From Chloroflexota bacterium (GTDB taxonomy: Bacteria; Chloroflexota; Dehalococcoidia; Dehalococcoidales; RBG-16-60-22), in assembly GCA_018829775.1 (NCBI GenBank), contig JAHJTL010000097.1, forward strand, positions 15,658 to 79,657: a stretch of 64,000 bases of DNA, given 5' to 3'. Numbering within the stretch: position 1 is the first letter of the stretch; every line of letters begins with the position of its first letter. Made by a program: the position numbers and the translations under genes. Shown piece after piece: positions 17,982-28,001 of this stretch. The notes under the pieces are model-generated. The model saw only the letters and a list, made by a program, of their open reading frames with translations, did no database searches and was not told the DNA's origin.

Positions 17982-19022
17982 TTAAAACTGTCTCAAAAAT
18001 CTGAGGTCGTTACCGTAAAAAAGCCTGATGTCATCAATGCCGTAACGGAGCATGGGCAGGCGTTCGATGCCGATGCCGAAGGCGAAGCTGCTGTACGCGT
18101 CAGGGTCGATGCCGCCCCGCCGCAGCACCTCGGGATGGGTCATCCCGGCACCGAGTATTTCTATCCAGCCGCTGTGTCCGCAGAGCCGGCACCCTTTCCC
18201 GTTGCAGGTCAGACATTCTATGGCCATCTCAACACCGGGCTCAACGAAGGGGAAGAAATCGCAGCGGAAACGCACCTTTCTCTCCTCGCCGAAAAAGCGG
18301 CGGGCAAATTCGTAAAGCGTACCTTTAAGGTCGGCCATGGTGATACCCCTGTCCACGGCGACACCATCGATCTGGTGGAACATGGGAAGGTGGGTGGCAT
18401 CCGTAGCTTCGTAACGATAGACCTTGCCCGGTTCGATTACCCTTATGGGTGGACTCATTTTTTCAATGACGCGTGCGGTCACCGCCGTGGTATGGGTGCG
18501 GAGGAGCATGTTGTACTCACCGCTCTCGGCCTTCGGCTCTACCCAGCAGGTCGACAAGGTATCGCGAGAAGGGTGTTCGTCGGGAATATTCAGGGCCTCA
18601 AAGTTATAGTAGTCCCACTCTACGTCCGGCCCTTCGACTATCTGAAAGCCCATGGAGGCAAAGATATCGTAAATTTCATTGAGGGTCTGTGTGATGGGGT
18701 GCAGACGACCGGTCGGCAGTGGGCGACTGGGCAGGGTGATATCAATGATTTCCCGCTGTGTTCCGGCAACCAGCTGTGTCTCTCGCAGGGCTTGTTCCTT
18801 CTCCTGCAGCCTGTTTTCCAGGTCAGCCTTGACCTGATTGGCCCGGGCACCAGCTGACTTTCTCTCTTCGAGGGGCAACGTGGCCAGGCTGCGCAGAATC
18901 TGAGTCAGGGGGCTCTTCTTGCCAAGGTAACGAACTCGCCATGATTCCAGCTCTTTAACGTCCTGTATCTTGTCCAGTTCCTGGAGCGCCTTTGTTTTCA
19001 GTTCGTCAAGCTGCTGTATCAT
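17982..19022 (-). CDS. pheS: Phenylalanyl-tRNA synthetase alpha subunit
   Basis: Class II motifs ([63 protein letters not shown]). Confidence 0.95.
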   Translation of the reverse strand: MIQQLDELKTKALQELDKIQDVKELESWRVRYLGKKSPLTQILRSLATLPLEERKSAGARANQVKADLENRLQEKEQALRETQLVAGTQREIIDITLPSRPLPTGRLHPITQTLNEIYDIFASMGFQIVEGPDVEWDYYNFEALNIPDEHPSRDTLSTCWVEPKAESGEYNMLLRTHTTAVTARVIEKMSPPIRVIEPGKVYRYEATDATHLPMFHQIDGVAVDRGITMADLKGTLYEFARRFFGEERKVRFRCDFFPFVEPGVEMAIECLTCNGKGCRLCGHSGWIEILGAGMTHPEVLRRGGIDPDAYSSFAFGIGIERLPMLRYGIDDIRLFYGNDLRFLRQF

Positions 19023-19100
19023 TTTCCCGATACGGTCATTCCCTTGGTTTGGAAGGATAAATGAAGGATGGTGGCAAATGCCGATTGTTCCGTTTTGAAC

Positions 19101-19454
19101 TTAAGCCTTCTCTCTCGCGGCGTTGACCAGATTGGTGAAAGCCTCTGGCTCTCTCGCGGCCATTTCGGCCAGCATCTTACGGTTTATGCCAATGCCGGAC
19201 CTCTTCAGCAGGTTCATAAATTGACCGTACTTCAAGCCTTGGGCACGGCTGGCGGCATTAATCCGCAGAATCCACAGCTTTCTCATATCGCCTTTCCGCT
19301 CACGGCGGTGCTGGTAGGCGTAGCTCAAGGAATGCAGCATCGCCTCGTGGGCACGACGATAGAGGGTGTGCCGGGACGCCCTCTGCCCCTTGGTCATGGC
19401 GAGTATCTTTTTATGTCGGCGGTGGGTGGTAACCCCTCTTTTCACTCGTGGCAA
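19101..19454 (-). CDS. rplT: 50S ribosomal protein L20
   Basis: MPRVKRGVTTHRRHKKIL...YAYQHRRERKGDMRKLWILRINAA. Confidence 0.95.
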   Translation of the reverse strand: MPRVKRGVTTHRRHKKILAMTKGQRASRHTLYRRAHEAMLHSLSYAYQHRRERKGDMRKLWILRINAASRAQGLKYGQFMNLLKRSGIGINRKMLAEMAAREPEAFTNLVNAAREKA

Positions 19455-19470
19455 GGAATGCCCCTCCTAT

Positions 19471-19674
19471 CTAGCCAACCCCGTAGGGAATCAATCTTTT
19501 AATTCTGGTCCGGTCGGCGGAATGCAGCTCGATTTTACTATCGAAGAGCTGCTTTACCCGCTTGGCCTTGCGCCTTCGCAGGTGGCTCTTTGGGCCTTTG
19601 ATGCGCATAATCTTTCCGTTGCTGGTGATATAGAAGCGGCTTTTCGCGCCTTTATGTGTTTTCAGCTTTGGCAT
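19471..19674 (-). CDS. rpmI: 50S ribosomal protein L35
   Basis: MPKLKTHKGAKSRF...HLRRRK. The start lies 23 nt inside the 3' end of infC. Confidence 0.9.
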   Translation of the reverse strand: MPKLKTHKGAKSRFYITSNGKIMRIKGPKSHLRRRKAKRVKQLFDSKIELHSADRTRIKRLIPYGVG

Positions 19675-20218
19675 CTTGAGTTTCCTTTATCTCTTCTTTG
19701 GCTTTCGCTTTGACAACCGGTGTCAGGATGATATTCATCCGTTTCCCTTCTGTAACAGGCTGCCTCTCTATGGAAGAACTATCGTCGAGTGCCTCTGTCA
19801 TCCGTTGCAGCAGTTTCCAGCCCAGTTCCGGGTGTGTTATCTCACGACCCCGGAAAAGAACCGTTACCTTTACTTTATCACCGTCAGCCAGCAGTTTTCG
19901 TGCTTTCCTGGCTTTAGCCTCGAAATCATGAGTGCCAATCTTGGGTCGCAGCCGTATTTCCCTGAGCAAGGAGACTTTCTGGCTCTTTCTCATCTCCTGC
20001 TCTTTCTTTGCCTGCTGATATTTGTACTTTCCATAGTCCAGCAGGCGACATACCGGGGGGACGGCGGCCGGGGCGACTTCTACCAGGTCAAGGTCATGCT
20101 TTCGGGCGGTCTCCTGTGCCTGACTCAAGGGCATAATTCCTAACTGCTCCCCCTTCTCCCCCACAACACGAACTTCCTGAGCTCTGATCATCTGGTTGAT
20201 GCGCAGTTGTTTAATTAT
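19652..20218 (-). CDS. infC: Translation initiation factor IF-3, probable non-AUG (AUA/AUU) start
   Basis: INQMIRAQEVRVVGEKGEQLG, DLDLVEV, KYKYQQ, RPKIGTHDFEAK, FRGRE. The listed TTG start (20239) is immediately followed by AAGGAGG. In-frame ATA (20218) and ATT (20215) lie 11 and 14 nt downstream of that SD. Confidence 0.85.
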   Translation of the reverse strand: MIKQLRINQMIRAQEVRVVGEKGEQLGIMPLSQAQETARKHDLDLVEVAPAAVPPVCRLLDYGKYKYQQAKKEQEMRKSQKVSLLREIRLRPKIGTHDFEAKARKARKLLADGDKVKVTVLFRGREITHPELGWKLLQRMTEALDDSSSIERQPVTEGKRMNIILTPVVKAKAKEEIKETQDAKAENT

Positions 20219-20322
20219 GTCCTTATCTACCTCCTTCAAGCACGGGTATTATACGTTGAAGAACTATATCATATTATAAGTCAATAATCAAATTCAGAGA
20301 AGTATTGAACCATCTTAACCCG

Positions 20323-22131
20323 TCAATTTGACTTACCACCACCGCTCTCAATGTCTATCGCCCGGCTGGCAATGGCCGATTTAACGGTCTCCTTAAAATG
20401 CTCCAGGGACTGGGCAGCGCTCTGCTCGCCGCTGCGCAGGCGAATGGATACAGTTTTGGTCTCCACCTCCCTGTCACCCACCACCAGCATGTAGGGGATT
20501 TTTTCCAGCTGTGCCTGCCGAATTTTGGGATTGATTCGTTCCGCCCGGGCATCAACCTCGGCGCGAATGCCCTCATTTTTGAAGTCAGTCTCAATCTGGT
20601 AGGCATAATCGAGGTGACGGTCGGCCACGGGGATTACCCGTACCTGAACCGGCGCCAGCCAGACCGGGAAAGCGCCCCCATAATGTTCCAGCAGGGTGGC
20701 CAGAAAGCGCTCCATGCTGCCGAGCACGGTGCGGTGCACCATGACCACCGGGTGCTTCTTGCCATCCTCACCAATGAAGGTGACATCAAATCGCGGGGGT
20801 AGATTGAAGTCGACCTGAATGGTCGGGCCCTGCCATGCCTTCCCCAGCGCGCTTTCAAATTTAATGTCGATTTTCGGGCCGTAGAAGACACCTTCTCCCG
20901 GGTCAACTTTATAGTCGCGACCCGACCGCTCGAGCGCCTTGCGCAGGGTTTCGGTGGCCTCATCCCAGGTTTCCACCGTGCCGGCGTATTTCTCGGGCCT
21001 GGTGGAGAGAAGGAGTTGATAGTTCTGGAAATCGAAGGTGTCAATCATGAAGAGGGCGAGGTCAAGGACGCCAACGACCTCGTCCTCCAATTGGTCGGGT
21101 CGACAGAAAATATGGGCGTCGTCTTGAGTGAAACCTCTGACGCGGGACAGTCCGTGGAGCACGCCGGAACGCTCGTAACGGTACACGGTACCGAGTTCCG
21201 CATAGCGCAGGGGAAGGTCACGGTAGCTGCGCAGCCTGGTCTTGTAAATGGCGATGTGCCCCAGGCAGTTCATCGGCTTGAGGATGTACTCCTGCCCCTC
21301 GACGTCCATCGGGCTGTACAGGTAATCTTTATAGAATTCAAGATGTCCGCTGGTCCGCCACAGGTCGATGCGGGCGATGTGCGGTGTATAGACGAGGTCA
21401 TAGCCACGTTTGGCATGTTCATCCTTCCAGAAGTCTTCAATGACACGGCGGATGACGGCTCCCTTGGGGTGCCAGAGGACAAGGCCGGGGCCATATTCAT
21501 CCTGAATGCTGAACATATCGAGCTCTTTGCCCAGCTTGCGATGGTCTCTCTTGGCGGCTTCTTCCAGTCGTTTCAGATGTTCCTCTAATGCCTCCTCGGT
21601 GTCAAAGGCAACGCCGTATATCCGCTGTAGCATCGGGCGGTGCTCATCGCCTCGCCAGTATGCCCCGGCGACGTTGAGCAGTCTGAAAGCCTTGATTTCT
21701 CCGCTTGATTTCACGTGAGGGCCGCGACACATATCCAGGAACGAGCCCTGCTGGTAGAGGCTCACCTTCTCATCGGGCAGCTCTTCAATCAGTTCCAATT
21801 TGTAGGGCTGTGAGGCGAGAATCTGCTTTGCCTCTTCTCTATTTACTTCCTTCCGGATAAATGGTGTGTCGGAAGCGATGATTTTTTTCATCTTGTTCTC
21901 GATAACCGGCAGGTCATCCGGACCGAGGGGGCGCGGTAAATCAAAGTCGTAATAAAAACCGTCCTCAATGGCCGGACCGATGCCGAACTTGGCATCAGGG
22001 AACATGGACTGGACCGCTTCCGCCATAACGTGGGAAGCGGAGTGCCGCATGGTCTCCAGATTCTGTTCTCTTTCCTGGTCTGCCGTCGAAACCACTTTTA
22101 GAACCTGTCCTTTATAATGAAAACCTCTCAC
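20323..22131 (-). CDS. thrS: Threonyl-tRNA synthetase, short form without TGS domain
   Basis: RHSASHVMAEAV, GPAIEDGFYYDF, editing and class II core motifs (YRYERSGVLHGLSRVRGFTQDDAHIF, GPTIQVDFNLP). GTG start; its exact position is uncertain. Confidence 0.9.
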   Translation of the reverse strand: MRGFHYKGQVLKVVSTADQEREQNLETMRHSASHVMAEAVQSMFPDAKFGIGPAIEDGFYYDFDLPRPLGPDDLPVIENKMKKIIASDTPFIRKEVNREEAKQILASQPYKLELIEELPDEKVSLYQQGSFLDMCRGPHVKSSGEIKAFRLLNVAGAYWRGDEHRPMLQRIYGVAFDTEEALEEHLKRLEEAAKRDHRKLGKELDMFSIQDEYGPGLVLWHPKGAVIRRVIEDFWKDEHAKRGYDLVYTPHIARIDLWRTSGHLEFYKDYLYSPMDVEGQEYILKPMNCLGHIAIYKTRLRSYRDLPLRYAELGTVYRYERSGVLHGLSRVRGFTQDDAHIFCRPDQLEDEVVGVLDLALFMIDTFDFQNYQLLLSTRPEKYAGTVETWDEATETLRKALERSGRDYKVDPGEGVFYGPKIDIKFESALGKAWQGPTIQVDFNLPPRFDVTFIGEDGKKHPVVMVHRTVLGSMERFLATLLEHYGGAFPVWLAPVQVRVIPVADRHLDYAYQIETDFKNEGIRAEVDARAERINPKIRQAQLEKIPYMLVVGDREVETKTVSIRLRSGEQSAAQSLEHFKETVKSAIASRAIDIESGGGKSN

Positions 22132-22181
22132 CCATCTTTGGGACGAGAGGCTTGGCCCATCCCTAGCTGTCCATCAGCCCT

Positions 22182-22210
22182 ATTATACCAGCGACTTTCT
22201 ACGAGTGCAA
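22182..22210 (-). promoter_or_regulatory. Candidate sigma-70 promoter for thrS (TTGCAC-17-TATAAT)
   Basis: Minus-strand TTGCAC (22210-22205), 17-nt spacer, TATAAT (22187-22182), about 45 nt upstream of the thrS start. Confidence 0.45.
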
Positions 22211-22278
22211 ACGCTCTTGATAAATAAGTGCCAATTTGCCTCCCGATGTGGCAAACCGCTATAATGCCGAGTATCCAC

Positions 22279-23424
22279 ATGATAAAACGAGTATTCCCCA
22301 TTCTAGCCCTGGCCTTATTTTCTTCCATGCTGGGCGCCGGCATTGTCGTCCCGCTTCTACCGCTTTATGCCGAAAGCATGGGGGCAACCGGCCTCTGGCT
22401 GGGGTTTATCTTCGCCGCCTTTTCTATCTCCCGCACCCTGTTCACACCGGTCTTTGCTCGGCTCTCCGACCGCAAAGGTCGGAAGCTGTTTCTCTGCATT
22501 GGCCTTTTCACCTACGCTCTGATTTCCTTCATATTTGTCCTGGCCACCGATATCTACCAGCTGGTCTTGATACGCCTGGTGCACGGCGTGGCTGGTGCCA
22601 TGATTATACCCATTGCGCAGGCATATATTGGTGACCTTTCTCCCGAAGGCGAGGAAGGGAAATGGATGGGGTACTCAAATGCCGCTTTTTTCAGCGGTTT
22701 CGGTTTCGGGCCGCTCATGGGTGGGGTACTCGCCACCCAGTGGGGGATGGACCTCGCCTTCATTGCCATGGGTGTGCTTAACTTGCTCGCCTTTTTCATC
22801 GCGGCCATTCTGCTGCCCCGCAGCGATTTAAGAAAGCTGGCAGCAGCTCCAACACTGTCTTTCCTGGATATGCGCCATAGCAGCACCATGGTCGGTCTTT
22901 TCAGCTTCCGCCTGGCAATCGCGCTGGGCAGGTCTTCTTTTTTCACCTTTTTACCGCTGTTTGCCGCCATGAGCCTCGGCCTGCCGGCGAACCTTATCGG
23001 TATCCTGATAGCGGTTCACGTCCTCCTGATGTCAGCACTCGGAGTTCTGGGAGGGAGAGTAGCCGACATCTTTAATCGGCGGGCACTGGTGGTTATCGGG
23101 TCTATCGTGACTTTCGCCTATCTGTTTTTGGTGCCAATGTCATCCAGCTTCTCGACGCTGCTGGTACTGTGTACTCTGGGCAGTATCGGCAGTGCCGTCG
23201 CCACGCCGGCGGCCATGGCGATGACGGTGGAGGAGGGGAGAAAATACGGCATGGGCTCAGCCATTGCTGCCATCACGATGGCGATGAGCATAGGCATGGC
23301 GGTGGGGCCAATTCTGAGCGGCGCTATTGTTGACCTTATAAATATCAACGCCGCGTTCTATTTCAACGCCGGTCTGGCCCTGGTGGGCGCCGGTTTATTC
23401 GTGTGGTTTACACGGTCAAGGTAG
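22279..23424 (+). CDS. MFS transporter
   Basis: 12-TM-like hydrophobic profile and MFS motif A-like FARLSDRKGRK. Start uncertain; the listed ORF starts at 22228 and MIKRVFPIL begins at 22279. Confidence 0.8.
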   Translation: MIKRVFPILALALFSSMLGAGIVVPLLPLYAESMGATGLWLGFIFAAFSISRTLFTPVFARLSDRKGRKLFLCIGLFTYALISFIFVLATDIYQLVLIRLVHGVAGAMIIPIAQAYIGDLSPEGEEGKWMGYSNAAFFSGFGFGPLMGGVLATQWGMDLAFIAMGVLNLLAFFIAAILLPRSDLRKLAAAPTLSFLDMRHSSTMVGLFSFRLAIALGRSSFFTFLPLFAAMSLGLPANLIGILIAVHVLLMSALGVLGGRVADIFNRRALVVIGSIVTFAYLFLVPMSSSFSTLLVLCTLGSIGSAVATPAAMAMTVEEGRKYGMGSAIAAITMAMSIGMAVGPILSGAIVDLININAAFYFNAGLALVGAGLFVWFTRSR

Positions 23425-23431
23425 AGAGGAA

Positions 23432-24808
23432 TCACCGTGCCGTTGACCGGAATCGGCGGTTGACATAACTGACCAGGAAAAGGAGCACACCGCTTATCAG
23501 CAACGCTCCCAAATCCAGATACTTGACGGCGAATAGTTTGCTGATGAGGCCCACTGTACCACCACCGATAAGCGCCGCCAGTGCTCCGGCAGGAGTAACC
23601 TTCAGACGGTTCCTGAAAAAACCAGCGAGCACGGGTAAAATCACACCCGACGTATATATCGTGTAGGCAAAGAGAAGGGCGCTGATAACCCCCTTGAGCA
23701 TTAATGCCACGACTAGTGCACATATACCCAGCAATACTATTGCCAACCTGGAACGCGGCAGAATGTTTTTCTGACTCGTTGCCGGTCGGAATCGCCCGAT
23801 TATGTCTATGCTCAATATGGTGCTGGCGCTTAATAAGGTGGTATCCGCCGAGGACATCACGGCGCAGAGTAAGGCAGCCAGGACTATACCGCTCAGGAGC
23901 GGCGAAAACAATTCGCTGATTACCGTGGGAAATGCCTGCTCGGGCGCAATATCTGGGAACAGCGCAGCGGCGCCCATGCCGATGACGGTAATGGCGAAGG
24001 CCAGGGGGATGATAAGAGCCGCGGTCCACAGTGTGGCCGTCTTTGCTACCCCGTCATCCCGGGCACAGAAGATGCGGGAATACATGTCTGGCCCGACCAC
24101 ATAGGTCAGGCCAACGAGCAGCAGGAGGGTTATCAGAGCAGCACCGTCAAACTGCGTGCTCAACGGAAAGGCAAACCGCTCGGCGGGCAGTGAGCTTTGC
24201 AGTCCTTCCCATCCTCCCAGCCTGGTCAGGAGCAGGGCCAGGCCAACAAAGATGCCGACGAAAATAATCACAGCCTGTAATAAATCGGTGCGGATGACGG
24301 CATGTTGCCCGCCCAGTACCGTATAGGCGACGAAGATAACGGTGAAAATTACCATCCACATAGCCGGGCTGCCGGTAACCAGGATGCCCATTATTTTCCC
24401 GGCGGCGATAATCTGGGCGGCAATAATCCCTATCCAGGCAACGACAATGAGAATGGAGGCAGCCAGCGCCATCCGTCGGTCATATTGCTTTTCCACCAGT
24501 TCGGGAAGGGTATAAAGCGCCAGCTTCCTGACTTTCCGGGCAAAAAAGAGCCCCAGGAACACCAGGCCGATACTGCCCACCAGCAACCACCATGCCCCGG
24601 TCAATCCCTGTTTAAAACCCAGCCCCGCCATGCCGATGGTGGCTGAGCCACCGATGATGGTAGCCAGCAGCGAGCCAACGATGAACGGGGAAGAATTTTT
24701 TCTGCCGGCAACAAAAAAATCATCGACCTCTCTGGCCTTCCGACGGCTCGCCACACCAATGGCGAGCATCACCAGGAAATAAAGGGAGATGATTACCAGG
24801 CCGGTCAT
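23432..24808 (-). CDS. Sodium:solute symporter (SSF) family transporter
   Basis: Polytopic, with an SSF-like N-terminus (DFFVAGRKNSSPFIVGSLLATIIGGSATIG) and 13 or more predicted TM segments. Confidence 0.8.
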   Translation of the reverse strand: MTGLVIISLYFLVMLAIGVASRRKAREVDDFFVAGRKNSSPFIVGSLLATIIGGSATIGMAGLGFKQGLTGAWWLLVGSIGLVFLGLFFARKVRKLALYTLPELVEKQYDRRMALAASILIVVAWIGIIAAQIIAAGKIMGILVTGSPAMWMVIFTVIFVAYTVLGGQHAVIRTDLLQAVIIFVGIFVGLALLLTRLGGWEGLQSSLPAERFAFPLSTQFDGAALITLLLLVGLTYVVGPDMYSRIFCARDDGVAKTATLWTAALIIPLAFAITVIGMGAAALFPDIAPEQAFPTVISELFSPLLSGIVLAALLCAVMSSADTTLLSASTILSIDIIGRFRPATSQKNILPRSRLAIVLLGICALVVALMLKGVISALLFAYTIYTSGVILPVLAGFFRNRLKVTPAGALAALIGGGTVGLISKLFAVKYLDLGALLISGVLLFLVSYVNRRFRSTAR

Positions 24809-24929
24809 AAGTGGCTTGCGCCTTTCGTTCTCATAAGGACTTATCGCTCGCTATAATGTAAAACTGGCTTGCTGGAGTAAAAAGGGTTGGTAATAAGAAG
24901 GAAGAGACCTCAACCGCTTTAAAATATCG

Positions 24930-25175
24930 TTATTTCCTCGGCTTTTCCAGGCCGAGGAGCGCAATTTCAATGGATTGCCCGCATTTGGAGCAGGTAATAT
25001 TGAGCGTTATCGGCTGCTGCATTACCCGTTCGGCAACGGCAGTAACCATGGAGTCGATGTTGTCCAGGCGCTGGTCCAGCATATCCAGGCGCTTGTTCAT
25101 GCGCTCGATATCTGCTTTGGTATCTTCAGCCACCGAAGCGGATTTCCTGTCCTGCGCCAAATCAAGGCCTCCCAA
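24930..25175 (-). CDS. Hypothetical small coiled-coil protein with one CxxC
   Basis: Heptad-like DIERMNKRLDMLDQRLDNIDSMV, then CSKCG. The listed TTG start contains GGGAGG, so the real start may be the in-frame TTG at 25160. Confidence 0.4.
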   Translation of the reverse strand: MGGLDLAQDRKSASVAEDTKADIERMNKRLDMLDQRLDNIDSMVTAVAERVMQQPITLNITCSKCGQSIEIALLGLEKPRK

Positions 25176-25237
25176 TGCGTTTGATTAACTAATTATACGT
25201 ACCAGAGGATAATATGTCAAAACCGCATTCCCCCATA

Positions 25238-25266
25238 TTGATTTATAAAGGCGATGGATGTATAAT
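25238..25266 (+). promoter_or_regulatory. Candidate sigma-70 promoter (TTGATT-17-TATAAT)
   Basis: TTGATT 25238-25243, 17-nt spacer, TATAAT 25261-25266, about 50 nt upstream of ATG 25317 (SD AAGGAGGGAG). Confidence 0.5.
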
Positions 25267-25316
25267 TTCAAAACCAAAAGGTGTGAACGTCGAACGTTAG
25301 GTAAGGAGGGAGTCAG

Positions 25317-25571
25317 ATGCCTGAGGAGGAAGTCGGACAGGTAAGCGATTTCTTTGCTCATCCGGTGGTCGCCGGCATTGAGCTCACCGGCACGCTAAAG
25401 GTGGGTGACCAGATACACATCAAGGGGCACACTACCGACCTCGAAATGACAGTGAACTCAATGCAGATCAACAATGTAGACGTCACTGAAGCCAAACGTG
25501 GCGATTCCGTCGGAGTGAAGGTGACAGAACGGGTACGAGGCGGTGACCAGGTCTATAAAGTCACCACCTGA
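25317..25571 (+). CDS. EF-Tu domain-2-like small protein (translation elongation factor-like)
   Basis: An 84-aa beta-barrel-like sequence (VAGIELTGTLKVGDQIHIKG...INNVDVTEAKRGDSVGVKV) resembling stand-alone GTP_EFTU_D2 proteins. Confidence 0.55.
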   Translation: MPEEEVGQVSDFFAHPVVAGIELTGTLKVGDQIHIKGHTTDLEMTVNSMQINNVDVTEAKRGDSVGVKVTERVRGGDQVYKVTT

Positions 25572-25632
25572 TTGATTTCGCTGGTTACTGACCGATACCG
25601 GCGAATCAACATTGGCATGCCTGCTGGTGAAA

Positions 25633-26100
25633 CTAGCCCATGGATTTAAGCAGGTTCGCCGTCTCAATGGCGCTGACTGCAGCGTCAAATCCTTTGTTGC
25701 CCGCTTTTGAACCGGCGCGTTCTATGGCTTGCTCGAGCGTCTCCGTGGTGAGGATGCTGTTGATGACCGGCACCCCGGTCTCAAGGCTGACGCGGGCTAT
25801 ACCCTTGGTGGCTTCCGAAGCAATGTATTCCCAGTGAGGTGTACCGCCGCGGATGACCGCTGCCAGACAGATAACGGCGTCGTACTTTTTGGACTGGGCC
25901 ATTTTCTGGGCAATGAGCGGGATTTCAAATGAACCCGGCGTCCAGGCGACTTCGATGTCGGCCTCGTTGACGCCGTGGCGGAGCAAAGCGTCCTGCGCTC
26001 CGTCCAGCAGTCTTCGGGTAAAGAACTCGTTGAAGCGGGAAACAATGAGGCCGAACTTGAGCCCTTTGCCCAGCAGTGAGCCTTCATAACTTTTACCCAT
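25633..26100 (-). CDS. ribH: 6,7-dimethyl-8-ribityllumazine synthase
   Basis: [63 protein letters not shown]. Confidence 0.95.
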   Translation of the reverse strand: MGKSYEGSLLGKGLKFGLIVSRFNEFFTRRLLDGAQDALLRHGVNEADIEVAWTPGSFEIPLIAQKMAQSKKYDAVICLAAVIRGGTPHWEYIASEATKGIARVSLETGVPVINSILTTETLEQAIERAGSKAGNKGFDAAVSAIETANLLKSMG

Positions 26101-26120
26101 AGTTTTCTCCTTTACAGGGA

Positions 26121-27353
26121 TTAATCACGGCTTTCGGGATTTGTCTTGGTCAGTTTCAGAGTATGTCCCAGCTTTCTCTCTTTCGTTTCCAGATAGTGCG
26201 TGTTAAACGGGTTCGGTACGGTGATAATCGGCACGGTCTCCAGCACCTTGAGCCCGTAGCTCTCCAGCCCGATTACTTTCTTGGGGTTGTTGGTGAGCAG
26301 GCGGATATTGTGCAGTCCCAGCTCGGCCAGAATCTGAGCACCAACACCGTAATCCCGCAGGTCCGGGGCAAAACCGAGCGATAGATTGGCCTCTACGGTA
26401 TCCATTCCCTTGTCCTGAAGGGCGTAGGCGCGGATTTTGTTGTGGATGCCGATGCCCCGTCCTTCCTGCCTCATATAGAGAAGGACACCGCGGCCTTCCT
26501 CGGCGATGCTTTTCATCGCTATATTTATCTGTTCTCCACAGTCGCAGCGCAGGCTGCCGAATACCTCGCCGGTAAGGCACTGGCTGTGCACTCTGACCAG
26601 CACCGGTTCATCGGTGGCCACGTCCCCCATCACCAGGGCGATGTGTTCATCGGGGTCGATATTACTCCGGTAGGCGATGGCGGTGAAGTTGCCGTACGGC
26701 GTGGGCAGCTTGGCTTCGGCCACACGGTGTACCAGCCTTTCATGACGGAAACGGTAGGCAATGAGGTCGGCCACGCTCACGATTTTAATATCAAAACGTT
26801 TGGCCATTAGTTTGAGCTGGGGCAATCGGGCCATGGTGCCATCTTCATTCAATATCTCGCAGATAACTCCGGCGGGGTAGAGGCCAGACAGTCTGGCCAG
26901 GTCAACGATGGCTTCCGTGTGCCCGGCGCGTACCAGGACGCCACCATCTCGGGCACGCAACGGGAACATATGCCCCGGGCGGACAATGTCCTCGGGCTGC
27001 GTGGCGGGGTCAAGCACAGCTTTAATCGTCTCCGCGCGGTCGGTCGCCGAAATGCCGGTGCTCACCCTGTGCTTGGCTTCAATGGATACGGTAAACGCGG
27101 TGGTGAATTTGGAGGTATTTTGCTCCACCATTATGGGGATTTGCAGTTCATCAAGGCGATTCCCAGTGATGGGCAGGCAGATAAGCCCCCGACCATGCCT
27201 GGCCATGAAGTTGATGGCATCGGCGGTCACCATCTCCGCCGCCATGGCGAGGTCGCCCTCGTTCTCCCGGTCCTCATCATCGACGATAATGAGGCACTTG
27301 CCCGCTCTGATGTCCTCAATTGCTTCCGGAATCGTGGCCAAACCGGTACTCAT
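26121..27353 (-). CDS. ribBA: Bifunctional 3,4-dihydroxy-2-butanone-4-phosphate synthase / GTP cyclohydrolase II
   Basis: [37 protein letters not shown]; then [31 protein letters not shown]. Confidence 0.95.
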   Translation of the reverse strand: MSTGLATIPEAIEDIRAGKCLIIVDDEDRENEGDLAMAAEMVTADAINFMARHGRGLICLPITGNRLDELQIPIMVEQNTSKFTTAFTVSIEAKHRVSTGISATDRAETIKAVLDPATQPEDIVRPGHMFPLRARDGGVLVRAGHTEAIVDLARLSGLYPAGVICEILNEDGTMARLPQLKLMAKRFDIKIVSVADLIAYRFRHERLVHRVAEAKLPTPYGNFTAIAYRSNIDPDEHIALVMGDVATDEPVLVRVHSQCLTGEVFGSLRCDCGEQINIAMKSIAEEGRGVLLYMRQEGRGIGIHNKIRAYALQDKGMDTVEANLSLGFAPDLRDYGVGAQILAELGLHNIRLLTNNPKKVIGLESYGLKVLETVPIITVPNPFNTHYLETKERKLGHTLKLTKTNPESRD

Positions 27354-27371
27354 CTCCGCTCCATTGACTCG

Positions 27372-28001
27372 TTATCCGATGGTGAAGCCGTGCTCAATCA
27401 GAAATTCCGCAGTCAATCCGCTGGCCTGCGGCTGGGTGAACTGCGCCGTGTACTTGGCGATGATATCCACTTCAAGGTTAACCACATCGCCCACTTTTCT
27501 GCTGCCCAGAGTGGTATTCCGGCGCGTATACTCAACCACGGAGACTCCAAAAGAGCTAATGTTCTTCTCCGTTATGGTCAGGCTGATGCCGTCAACCGCG
27601 ATAAACCCCTTTGGCGCGGTGTAGCGCATGACCTCGGGCGGGGCTTCGAACCGGAAAAGGAGCGCGTCTCCTTCCCATTCCAGTGAGACAATGTGGCCAA
27701 CATCATCTATGTGCCCCTGAACCATATGCCCGCCAAGCCGACCACCCAGCACCATCGGTCGCTCCAAGTTAACACTGTCTCCGGCTTTAATCAACCCGAG
27801 GTTGGTACGCTTCAAGGTCTCCGGCATGACGTCAACGGAGAACGAAGCGCGGTCGAAATCGGTGACCGTCAGGCAGGCGCCGTTTATGGCGATGCTGTCG
27901 CCCGGCTTCATTCCGTCAATGACCTGCGGCGCAGAAATGACCAGCTTTGTCATCGAAGCCGATAAGACCTTGCCTACCTCTTCTATTATGCCGGTGAACA
28001 T
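27372..28001 (-). CDS. ribE: Riboflavin synthase alpha chain
   Basis: MFTGIIEEVG, GDSIAINGACLTV, ETLKRTNLG, NLERP, GHMVQGHID, second repeat DGISLTI. Confidence 0.95.
   Translation of the reverse strand: MFTGIIEEVGKVLSASMTKLVISAPQVIDGMKPGDSIAINGACLTVTDFDRASFSVDVMPETLKRTNLGLIKAGDSVNLERPMVLGGRLGGHMVQGHIDDVGHIVSLEWEGDALLFRFEAPPEVMRYTAPKGFIAVDGISLTITEKNISSFGVSVVEYTRRNTTLGSRKVGDVVNLEVDIIAKYTAQFTQPQASGLTAEFLIEHGFTIG

Noticed and set aside
17568-18857. 429-aa ORF antisense to the pheT/pheS junction
   Set aside because: It lies opposite two strongly supported synthetase genes, with no SD and no recognisable domain. It is a shadow ORF.
23358-24029. 223-aa ORF overlapping the SSF transporter gene in another frame
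   Set aside because: The transporter frame gives a coherent polytopic protein. This frame is Arg/Gly/His-rich with no motifs.
26908-27686. 238- and 255-aa ORFs antisense to ribBA/ribE
   Set aside because: They are overlapping shadow ORFs opposite well-supported riboflavin genes, with low-complexity Ser/Arg/Ala-rich translations.
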